Source: an uncultured Chloroflexia bacterium (GTDB lineage: Bacteria; Chloroflexota; Anaerolineae; CG2-30-64-16). From it: DNA of 64,000 nt. Shown in pieces: positions 34,805 to 43,061 of the stretch. The notes beneath the pieces were generated by a model, which saw nothing but the letters and a program-made list of their open reading frames with translations, was not told where the DNA came from and searched no databases. Location of the stretch: contig CAVZDU010000003.1 in assembly GCA_963774265.1 (NCBI GenBank), positions 288,001 to 352,000 on the forward strand, written 5' to 3'. Position 1 is the stretch's first letter. Each line of letters begins with the position of its first letter. The translations under genes were made by a program, and so were the position numbers.

Positions 34805-35478
34805 GCGTCGAGGTCCGGCCGCCTCAGAGCGATGGTGCGAAACGCTTGAACGCGGCCATCAACCGGGTCGCGGTGGGCATCGCACGGCACTGGCTGGCTG
34901 TCTTCAATATGATGGTGGCGCTTTTCGTTGCGTTGCCATTTCTCGCGCCGGTGCTAATGGAGGCGGGCGCGACGGGGCCAGCCAACCTGATCTATAAAGT
35001 CTACGCGGTCACGTGTCACCAGTTGCCCGAGCGTTCGATCTTCTTCTACGGTCACGACCATTTCTATACAGCCCAGGACCTGGAGGCGGAAGGTTACTTG
35101 CCCGCGGGCCTGTCACTTTTTCAACGCCAGGCGCTGCGATGGGCCGGTTCAGTCGAGGCTGGTTGGAAGGTGGCGCTTTGCCAGCGCGACGTGGCGATCT
35201 ATGGGTCGATCTTGGCTGCAGGCCTGCTGTTCGGGCTGTTGCGCCCAATTTTGCGTCGCCGCACGAAGTGGCCGAAGATGCCCGTCTGGATGTTCGTCCT
35301 TCTTCTGGTTCCGATCGCGGTCGACGGCATTACTCAGCTTTTCGGCTGGCGAGAATCGTTCCCGGCGCTGCGCTTCTTCACGGGTGCGCTTATGGGATCG
35401 GCCACGGTGTGGTTCGCCTATCCTCACATCGAGGAAGCGATGCAGGATGTGATTCGCACCACCCGCACGAACGCGTAA
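34801..35478 (+). CDS. DUF2085-like membrane protein
   Basis: CHQLPERS, CQRDVAIY, DGITQLFGWRES..LR..TG. Confidence 0.8.
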   Translation: MSVEVRPPQSDGAKRLNAAINRVAVGIARHWLAVFNMMVALFVALPFLAPVLMEAGATGPANLIYKVYAVTCHQLPERSIFFYGHDHFYTAQDLEAEGYLPAGLSLFQRQALRWAGSVEAGWKVALCQRDVAIYGSILAAGLLFGLLRPILRRRTKWPKMPVWMFVLLLVPIAVDGITQLFGWRESFPALRFFTGALMGSATVWFAYPHIEEAMQDVIRTTRTNA

Positions 35479-35487
35479 TCGCGAATT

Positions 35488-35516
35488 TTGGTCAGAAAAG
35501 AATCTTGCGCTATACT
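35488..35516 (+). promoter_or_regulatory. Promoter of rpsT
   Basis: TTGGTC-17 bp-TATACT. Confidence 0.5.
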
Positions 35517-35627
35517 TACTGCTTGTGACTGGCACAGCTTGACGCCGGTCACGTTCATGTCTTATCAACGACGGCCTTAGCCGTGAAATGACCAACACTC
35601 GTCAGTAGAAATCCTGGAGGCTTTTCG

Positions 35628-35930
35628 GTGCCAAACCTGAAGAAGAACCCATCTGCGTTGAAAGCAATGCGCCGGGACGCGCGCAAGGCCGTCTACCGCG
35701 GCGCTGTCCGCACCAGCACTCGCACCTTCATCAAGAAGGCGCGCACGTTGTTGGTTAGCACCAAGATGGAAGGGGCAGACGCGGCGATCCTGGACGCGAT
35801 CAGCGCGCTGGATAAGGCTGCTCAGAAGGGCGTCATCCACAAGAACGCCGCTGCACGACGCAAGTCCCGCCTGATGGCTGCCCTCAACAGGGCAAGAGCA
35901 GCCAAGACAGCCGCTGCGATCAAGGCCTAA
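35628..35930 (+). CDS. rpsT: 30S ribosomal protein S20
   Basis: LDKAAQKGVIHKNAAARRKSRL; GTG start with GGAGG. Confidence 0.95.
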   Translation: MPNLKKNPSALKAMRRDARKAVYRGAVRTSTRTFIKKARTLLVSTKMEGADAAILDAISALDKAAQKGVIHKNAAARRKSRLMAALNRARAAKTAAAIKA

Positions 35931-35957
35931 TCGTCCGTTACGATTCCCAGCAAAACG

Positions 35958-35992
35958 AAAGGATCGGCATCGCAAGACGCCGATCCTTTTTG
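35958..35992. terminator. Bidirectional rho-independent terminator
   Basis: AAAGGATCGGC-loop-GCCGATCCTTTTT between convergent genes. Confidence 0.85.
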
Positions 35993-36012
35993 TCTTTCGG
36001 CGGGGCTGCCGG

Positions 36013-36738
36013 TCAGTCTTCGCTGAGGAGGGGCACTTCATCCTCGGCGGGCGTGGCGTTCGGCATGGGGATCGCCAGCTTGTAGCCGATTTTGCGGACG
36101 GTGAGCAGCACGACCGGGCGCGTGGGCTCACTTTCGATTTTCTCGCGCAACCAGCGAATGTGGACGTCAAGCGTGCGCGTATCCCCCAGGTACTGCGTAT
36201 CCCAGATCTCTTTCATCAGTTCTTCACGGGAAATCACCTGGTTCGGGCGCTGCATGAAAATGGCGAGCAGGTGGGCCTGTTTGGGCGTCAGATGCGCTTC
36301 GCCTTGGGGGCTGTGAAGCGAGCGCGTCATCTGATCCAGTTCGATTTGGCCGACCTTCAGCACATGGGGGCTGACCGCGTCCAAGAGCCTGCTGAGGGTC
36401 TCACGGAGCTTCTTGGGCGTAAAGGGCCGGACCAGCCGCTCTTCGCACTCGATCTGCCTGCCTTGCCCGCGATCGATCAGCAGCAGGCGTCGGACTTGGG
36501 GAAACTTGCGCCTGAGCTCGATGCAGAGGCGTTCGCCAGAAAAATGGCTGTTTGTCGGATTGATAACAACGATATTTGGCTGCAGTTCCCGCGCCAATTG
36601 CAGACCCATTGATTGGGTGCGGGCAGACGCCAAGCCGATGCCCTCTTGCTCGATGCTCTGCCAAACCTTCTCGTACCCGGGATCCTCACGTCCGATGTAA
36701 AGGATATGGGCAGGTTTGGCGGTCGAGTTCCGGCTCAT
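36013..36738 (-). CDS. OmpR-family winged-helix regulator with an atypical receiver domain
   Basis: LTPKQ..LL, SREELMKEIW, RTLDVHIRWLREKIE; receiver has VVINP and VRPF in place of the Asp and KPF motifs. Confidence 0.85.
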   Translation of the reverse strand: MSRNSTAKPAHILYIGREDPGYEKVWQSIEQEGIGLASARTQSMGLQLARELQPNIVVINPTNSHFSGERLCIELRRKFPQVRRLLLIDRGQGRQIECEERLVRPFTPKKLRETLSRLLDAVSPHVLKVGQIELDQMTRSLHSPQGEAHLTPKQAHLLAIFMQRPNQVISREELMKEIWDTQYLGDTRTLDVHIRWLREKIESEPTRPVVLLTVRKIGYKLAIPMPNATPAEDEVPLLSED

Positions 36739-36809
36739 GATGCACACCCCTCTTCCACTCCAATACAGTAGGGAATATTATAGCGCATGTTTGAACGCAA
36801 GGCAACAGG

Positions 36810-36838
36810 TTGACCTTTACTCCCCCGCATGATAAAAT
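36810..36838 (+). promoter_or_regulatory. Sigma70 promoter, probably leaderless
   Basis: TTGACC-17 bp-TAAAAT, 4-7 nt before ATG ATG. Confidence 0.6.
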
Positions 36839-36842
36839 CGCC

Positions 36843-37703
36843 ATGATGCCTTCCCAAAGCACTGGCGGCGCTCCCGAGCGCGCCAAAATCATCGTCGTCA
36901 TCCCTACTTACAACGAAGCGGATAACCTACCGGGCCTGGTCGCCGAGCTCCATGCGCTGGCCGTGCCCGGCTTGTCTGTTCTTGTGGTGGATGACAATTC
37001 GCCTGACGGCACTGGCTGTGTGGCGGATGCCCTGGCTGAGCGCCTGCCTGGCGTCCTGCAGGTCCGCCACCGCGAGGCGAAGGATGGGCTGGGACGCGCC
37101 TATATAGAAGGCTTTAAGCTCGCGCTTGCCGACGGCGCCGACTATATCGTCCAGATGGACGCTGATTTTTCGCATCCGCCCGCGACCATCATCAGCATGC
37201 TTGACCTCATACGGGAGTACGACGTGGTCGTCGGCTCCCGGTATGTTAGTGGGGGCCAGCTGGACGAGCGTTGGAGTTGGTGGCGGCGATTGTTGAGCTG
37301 GTGGGCGAACGAAATCTGGTCGCGTCGCCTCCTGGGGTTGAGCGTGCGCGACATCACCGCCGGCTTCAAGTGCTGGCGAAGCTCGACATTGTCAGGTATT
37401 GGGTTGGACCGCGTCATTTCGAACGGCTATGCATTCCAGGTCGAAATGGCGTTTCTTACTGAGCGGCTTGGCTATCGCGTCAAGGAAATCCCGATCTATT
37501 TCGAAGATCGGCGCATCGGAAAGTCCAAGATGAGCGTGCCCGTGAAGCTCCAGGGTGCGGTTGACGTTTTCCGCATTCGCTACCGGCATCGGAAGACTAC
37601 CGTGCGACCGCCCGAGCGCGGGGACGACCCCGCCGCTCGCCCGGAGGCGGAGTCGAAGGCCTACGCGACGGTTCCCAGTAACGATTACACCCCTGACATC
37701 TGA
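36843..37703 (+). CDS. Polyprenol monophosphomannose synthase-like GT2
   Basis: IPTYNE, DDNSPDGTG, GLGRAY, QMDADFSH, GSRYV, SNGYAFQVEM, GKSKMS. Confidence 0.9.
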   Translation: MMPSQSTGGAPERAKIIVVIPTYNEADNLPGLVAELHALAVPGLSVLVVDDNSPDGTGCVADALAERLPGVLQVRHREAKDGLGRAYIEGFKLALADGADYIVQMDADFSHPPATIISMLDLIREYDVVVGSRYVSGGQLDERWSWWRRLLSWWANEIWSRRLLGLSVRDITAGFKCWRSSTLSGIGLDRVISNGYAFQVEMAFLTERLGYRVKEIPIYFEDRRIGKSKMSVPVKLQGAVDVFRIRYRHRKTTVRPPERGDDPAARPEAESKAYATVPSNDYTPDI

Positions 37704-37729
37704 CTGCTATCGCATCACCCGAGGGACCC

Positions 37730-40700
37730 TTGAGATCTTCCCGTAGAGCCGGTGCGTTCGTCACGATTGTGGCCTTGCTTCTGCTCCCGCTGCTCTGGTT
37801 TGCTCCGCAGGCGCTGGGCAACAAAACGCTACTCCCGGCCGACAATCTCTTTCAGTATCCTCCATGGCAGAGCTTTTCCGACCAATTGGGCGTTGACGTT
37901 CCCTATAACGCGCTGATCAGTGACCTGGTGCTGGAGAATCTCCAGTGGAAGTCGCTGATCGTCGACGCGTTGGCGGCAGGCAACCCGGCCGACATCCTCT
38001 GGAACCCGCGTTCCTTCACCGGCGTGCCGTTTTTCGCCGCCGGCCAGCAGTCTGCCGCGTATCCGCTCAGCCTGCTGTTCTATGTCATGCCTCTGTGGCG
38101 CGCCTATGGTGTTTTCACCTGGCTTCAGATCGGCCTGGCCGCGGTCTGCATGTACCTGTTCATGCGGAGTCTCCGCGTGCGGCGCATTGCCGCGGTCCTG
38201 GCAAGCATCGCATATGCGTTCTCCGGTTTCTTCATCGTCAGTGTCAACTTCACGATGGTCATCGCTGCCGCGGCGTGGCTGCCGCTGCTGTTGGCGTGCA
38301 TCGAGATCGTGGTGCGCAAGCAACAGGAGAACGTGGGCCGCAACTTCTTGCCTGCTCCGTTCGTAGCGTTGGGGGCGGCAGTGCTGGCGACTCAGATCCT
38401 CGCCGGGCACGTCGAGATCACTTACTATACGCTCATGGTGGCGGGCCTATTCGCCGTGTGGCGACTCGCCGGCGTGTGGCTCAGGTTGCGCGCGTGGCGG
38501 CCGGTCGTGCGTATCGGTGTGTGGCTGCTGATCATGATCGGCCTGGGGATGGCGCTCGGCGGTGTGCAGATTCTGCCGCTGGTCGAGCTAGTGCAGCAGA
38601 GCTTTCGTGAAGGCTCGGCGAGCCTGCAGCAGGTGCGCGATTGGGCATGGCCCTCGCGTCAAATCATCACCTTCCTGCTGCCCGATTTTTACGGCAACCC
38701 AACGCACCACGCCTATTTCGACATCTGGCAGCGCACGTGGGTTCCAGTGACGCAGAACGCTCTTGGACAGCCGCTCAGCACAATCGACTGGGGCGTCAAG
38801 AACTACGTCGAGGGCGGGAATTACCTCGGACTTACTACGCTGCTCCTGGCGGCCATCGGCGCGCTTGCGGGCGTTGTGAGTAGGGGCGACCCTCGCGGTC
38901 GGTCCCCCGCCCCTGAACTCGATCATTGCGCAGCACGACCAACCTACACGTGGTTCTTTACCATTCTTGCCATCTTGTCGCTGCTGTTCGCGTTCGGTAC
39001 CCCGCTCTACGCCATCCTTTACTACGGCTTGCCGGGCTACAGCCAACTCCATTCGGCGTTTCGCTGGGTGTTTCCTTATACGCTCAGCATGGCCGCGCTG
39101 GCCGGTTTCGGTCTGGATTGGCTTCTGTCGCAGCGCGAGACGAGAATGGAAGAAGGGCGAAGGAAACAGGAAGATCTACCTCACCTGCCCGGAACCGCAG
39201 GTGCCGGGTCTTCCCTCGTCCGTTTTGCTTCAGTGTCTGAACGGTTGCCCCGGCTCCTGGCGTGGCTATCCATCCTCGCCGGCGCCGGCGCTCTGCTCCT
39301 CGTTGTGCTGAGTGTCTTGATCCCCAGTCCTTTCATTGCGCTGGGTGAGCGGCTGCTGAACTGGGGTTTCTGGTCTGATCTCGCGCAGAGCAGGGGCTTC
39401 GCTAACGGCGCGATGTTCTGGAGTTATGAGGCGATGCAAATCGTACGCTTCGGCGCGATGGCTCTCCTCACGGGTCTTGCGATTCTGTGGTTGATGTGCG
39501 ACCGCGGTCGTCTCTACCGCGGCTTGCCGCACGGACAGGCGCTCCTGGCAGCGCTGCCCCTGGTCCTGACCTTGCTTCTTGATGTGTGGCTGGTCGGCAG
39601 AGGGTTCAATCCTGCGGTCGAAAAGAAGCTCCTGGAGTTCACCCCTCCCGCCATCGAGTTCCTGCAAAGCAAGTTGGACCCTGCCCAGCCGTGGCGTCTG
39701 ACCAGCTTCGATGGGCCGGATGAGAAGGTGCTCAACGCCAACTCGGCCATGCGGTATGGCCTGGAGGATGTGCGCGGGTACGATTCCATCATCCCCAGGC
39801 AGTATGTCGCGTATATGCGGCGGCTGCACCCCCAGGGAGAGTTGCTCTACAACCGCATCGCGGCGATCTATTCTCAACTTGGCGACCAAGCCAATTATGG
39901 TGCGCTCGACAACCCCTTGCTGCACCTGCTCGGCGTGCGCTACGTCGTCTCCACCCAGGCGATCCCGAATGACGGCTACGAGCTGGTGTACGATCAGGAG
40001 GTCAAGGTCTACGAGAACACGCAGGCTTTCCCACGCGCGTTCATCGTCCCGCAGGCCATGTCCGCATCGGATCAGACAGAGGCGCTCGATAAGCTGCAGC
40101 AGCTTGATCCCGCCGAAGTTGTGTTGATCGAAGGGCTGGCGCCAGAGCGGCTCCCACCCGCTGCATCACCCCAGGTGCGGGAGGTCCGCTTCAGCCAGCG
40201 CGGGAATCGCGAATACTTCATTGACGTCAATATCAGCGACCGCGGTTGGCTGGTCGTGACGGACAACTACTTCGACGGCTGGAAAGCCTACCTGCGGCCG
40301 TTTGGCGTCGAGGGTGAAGGCGTGAACGCCAGCGGCGAGTCGGTCGAGCAGCAGCTGCCGTTGTACCGCGCGGACGGTACATTCCGTGCTGTGTATCTTC
40401 CGCAGGCCGGCCAGTGGACCGTTCGCTTTGTCTATTCCCCGCGCAGCGTGCTGCTAGGCGCGTACTTGACTTTCCTGGCGGGCGTCACCTTGGTCCTGCT
40501 GCTCGGCTGGTGGGCATGGAGGCGGTACTACAAGGGGGAAGGCAGCGAGGTCGGCACGGTCGCCAAGAACAGCGCGGTCCAGGTGGTCATGAGCCTGTTC
40601 AATCGCGGCATCGATTTCGCGTTCGCCATGCTGCGGCTGCGCGTGCTCAGCCCGGAGGGCGAGGGAAGCTATGTCTTCGCCATCACCTTCTACCTGATCG

Positions 40701-42112
40701 CCGAGATCGTCACGCGATTCGGCCTGGGCACGCTGCTGACGCGTGATGTGGCCTTCGAGAGGAGCCGGGCGCGCAAGTACCTGACCAACGTGGTGCTCCT
40801 CCGGTCGCTTCTGTGGATGATCAGCCTGCCGGTGATGGCGCTGGCGCTGCTCGTTTTCCAGCGATCGCCCACCCCGTTGACGGGCGCTGAGATTCAGGCT
40901 ATTGGCCTGTTCGCCGGGGCGCTTTTCTTCGCGAATATCGCAGACGCGCTATCGTCGGTTTTCATGGCGTTTGAGAAAATGGAGTACCCCGCGGCAAGCG
41001 CCACCGCGGTCACGGTGGCCAAAGTGGCTTTGAGTGGCCTGGTGCTGCTGCCTCCGCTTAACCTTGGATTTGTCGGGCTGGCAGGCGTTGCCGTGCTGAT
41101 GAACGTGGTGCAGGTGATTTGGCTTTGGATCCTGCTGGAGCGCAAGGTGCTGGGGCCGGCAGAAGAGGCGATAAGTGCGGTAAGTGCCCGGCACTTCGAA
41201 AGTGCCGGGCACTTGAACGGGCACTTGAACGGCGCCCGGCGCTCGGGCGGCGTGGACTGGGGGCTCCAGCGGTATATGCTGCGTGAGTCCGGTCCGCTGA
41301 TGCTCAACCATTTGTTGGCGACGGTGTTTTGGCGCATCAGCCAATTGGTATTGCGAGGGGCCATCAACCCAGCGGCGGTAGGCATTTTTTCGGCCGGCAT
41401 TAAGTACATCGATGGGCTGAACGTCATCCCGGCCTACTTCACTGCGGCCATCTTCCCTCTGATGAGCCGCTATGCCCATGCCGGCAACGACTCCCTGGTC
41501 AAGGCATATCGCCTTGCGCTCCAGTTGTTGTTTATGGCCGCGCTGCCGATCGCGGTCTTCTTCACCTTTGCCGCGACCCCGTTGATTCAGATCCTCGGCG
41601 GCGCGGCCTACTTGCCCGATTCCGCTATCGCCCTGCGGGTGATGATCTGGTCCATCCCCATCGGCTTCATCAACTCGGTGACCCAGTACGTGTTGATTGC
41701 GGTGCATAAGCAGCGTTTCCTGACGGGCGCCTTCGTGATCGGCGTCCTCGTCGCGGCCATCAGCAACTGGGTGCTCGTGCCGCGGTATGGCGCGGTGGCG
41801 GCCGCCGCTTTGCTTATCCCTGCGGAATTGGCCCTGTTTTTCCCCTTTGCGTGGGCAGTGCAGCGCTACGTGGCCCCGATGCCGTGGCCTGCGTTGTTGG
41901 GGCGGCCGCTCTTGGCAACGGGTGTGAATCTGGTTATAGTATGGGGCTTAGAACGACTGGGCGTACCGCTGCTCGTTGCCTTGGTTGCCGGCTTCGTCGC
42001 ATACTGTGCGGTACTGTTTGCGCTCCGCGCCTTCAACGGCGAGGAGTTTGCCGTCCTGCGCAACTACGTCAATCGCCGACTTCGCCGGCCCGTGCGCGAA
42101 GCCACCACCTGA
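37730..42112 (+). CDS. YfhO-like GT-C membrane glycosyltransferase fused to a Wzx/MOP oligosaccharide flippase
   Basis: LWNP..GVPF.A...YPL, AYAFSG, VRGYDS, LGVRYV, YFDGWKA, then a multi-TM flippase (FGLGTLLTRDVA, AFEKMEY, GIFSAG, LVPRYGAVAAA). Start uncertain. Confidence 0.75.
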   Translation: MRSSRRAGAFVTIVALLLLPLLWFAPQALGNKTLLPADNLFQYPPWQSFSDQLGVDVPYNALISDLVLENLQWKSLIVDALAAGNPADILWNPRSFTGVPFFAAGQQSAAYPLSLLFYVMPLWRAYGVFTWLQIGLAAVCMYLFMRSLRVRRIAAVLASIAYAFSGFFIVSVNFTMVIAAAAWLPLLLACIEIVVRKQQENVGRNFLPAPFVALGAAVLATQILAGHVEITYYTLMVAGLFAVWRLAGVWLRLRAWRPVVRIGVWLLIMIGLGMALGGVQILPLVELVQQSFREGSASLQQVRDWAWPSRQIITFLLPDFYGNPTHHAYFDIWQRTWVPVTQNALGQPLSTIDWGVKNYVEGGNYLGLTTLLLAAIGALAGVVSRGDPRGRSPAPELDHCAARPTYTWFFTILAILSLLFAFGTPLYAILYYGLPGYSQLHSAFRWVFPYTLSMAALAGFGLDWLLSQRETRMEEGRRKQEDLPHLPGTAGAGSSLVRFASVSERLPRLLAWLSILAGAGALLLVVLSVLIPSPFIALGERLLNWGFWSDLAQSRGFANGAMFWSYEAMQIVRFGAMALLTGLAILWLMCDRGRLYRGLPHGQALLAALPLVLTLLLDVWLVGRGFNPAVEKKLLEFTPPAIEFLQSKLDPAQPWRLTSFDGPDEKVLNANSAMRYGLEDVRGYDSIIPRQYVAYMRRLHPQGELLYNRIAAIYSQLGDQANYGALDNPLLHLLGVRYVVSTQAIPNDGYELVYDQEVKVYENTQAFPRAFIVPQAMSASDQTEALDKLQQLDPAEVVLIEGLAPERLPPAASPQVREVRFSQRGNREYFIDVNISDRGWLVVTDNYFDGWKAYLRPFGVEGEGVNASGESVEQQLPLYRADGTFRAVYLPQAGQWTVRFVYSPRSVLLGAYLTFLAGVTLVLLLGWWAWRRYYKGEGSEVGTVAKNSAVQVVMSLFNRGIDFAFAMLRLRVLSPEGEGSYVFAITFYLIAEIVTRFGLGTLLTRDVAFERSRARKYLTNVVLLRSLLWMISLPVMALALLVFQRSPTPLTGAEIQAIGLFAGALFFANIADALSSVFMAFEKMEYPAASATAVTVAKVALSGLVLLPPLNLGFVGLAGVAVLMNVVQVIWLWILLERKVLGPAEEAISAVSARHFESAGHLNGHLNGARRSGGVDWGLQRYMLRESGPLMLNHLLATVFWRISQLVLRGAINPAAVGIFSAGIKYIDGLNVIPAYFTAAIFPLMSRYAHAGNDSLVKAYRLALQLLFMAALPIAVFFTFAATPLIQILGGAAYLPDSAIALRVMIWSIPIGFINSVTQYVLIAVHKQRFLTGAFVIGVLVAAISNWVLVPRYGAVAAAALLIPAELALFFPFAWAVQRYVAPMPWPALLGRPLLATGVNLVIVWGLERLGVPLLVALVAGFVAYCAVLFALRAFNGEEFAVLRNYVNRRLRRPVREATT

Positions 42113-42146
42113 TTGGGAACCGTCCCTATGGGACCAAGGGGGCACT

Positions 42147-42974
42147 ATGAGCTCCGAATCCGTCCTTGAACTGGAGCACGTCACCAAGCACTACGGCGAA
42201 ACGGCTGCCCTCTCCGATTTTTCACTCTCCGTGCTGCATGGAGAAATCCATGGGGTGCTGGGCGATAACGGTGCGGGCAAGACCACACTGCTTAAGATTT
42301 TGAGCGGAATGCTGGGTCGTGGAGCGTTTTCTGGTGTGGTTAAGGTTGATGGTGCAGCCGTTAGTATCGGCTCGCCGCAAGAGGCCATCAAGCACGGCAT
42401 CGGCATCGTTCCTCGCCGGCCGGGCATCTTTACGGGCCTCACCGTAGCCGATAATGTCGTCGTCGGCAAACAGATGCAGGGTCTCATCATCAACCAGGTG
42501 CGCATCCGGGAGCAAGCGCTACTGCTCATGGAGATGATCGGTCTGCGGCTTGACCCATTTGTCAAGGCCAATAATCTGACCAACAGCCAACAGCGTCTCC
42601 TGATGATCGCGCGTGCACTGAGTCTGGACGTCAAGATCGTGATCCTGGATGAGCCCTCCGCGTCCTTGACCACCCCTCAGGATCTCAGCCAACTGTTCCG
42701 CGCGGTGCGCAGCCTGGCCGAGCGGGACATCGCAACGCTCTATTTGACGCGGCGACCCGCCGAGGCAGTTCAGATCGCGGATCGCATCAGCGTGCTGCGC
42801 GACGGCGAGATTGTTGGTCAGTGGCAGCGCACGGATTTCGACGAAACCGAGCTGATCAAGCAGATGCAGAGCCAGCGGATCGGCGACGCAGGCTATATAG
42901 ATCATGATGATCTGAACCAGTCGCGCGGGTGGCTGGATGGGCTTCGGTCTTTGGTAAGCGGTAATCGCAATTGA
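42147..42974 (+). CDS. Single-domain sugar ABC ATP-binding protein (orphan)
   Basis: GDNGAGKTT, ILDEPS, ADRISVLRDG; degenerate signature LTNSQQR. Confidence 0.8.
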   Translation: MSSESVLELEHVTKHYGETAALSDFSLSVLHGEIHGVLGDNGAGKTTLLKILSGMLGRGAFSGVVKVDGAAVSIGSPQEAIKHGIGIVPRRPGIFTGLTVADNVVVGKQMQGLIINQVRIREQALLLMEMIGLRLDPFVKANNLTNSQQRLLMIARALSLDVKIVILDEPSASLTTPQDLSQLFRAVRSLAERDIATLYLTRRPAEAVQIADRISVLRDGEIVGQWQRTDFDETELIKQMQSQRIGDAGYIDHDDLNQSRGWLDGLRSLVSGNRN

Positions 42975-43061
42975 GTTAGGGCGGGTCTCACCTGCGCTGC
43001 ACTCACGCCCCTTGGGAGGCGCAGGTGTGCACTCGACCGCGCCTGGAGGAGGGTTTCTACG

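Noticed and set aside
35523-35627. Structured rpsT leader as an ncRNA
   Set aside because: Two small hairpins only; cannot be supported without comparative data.
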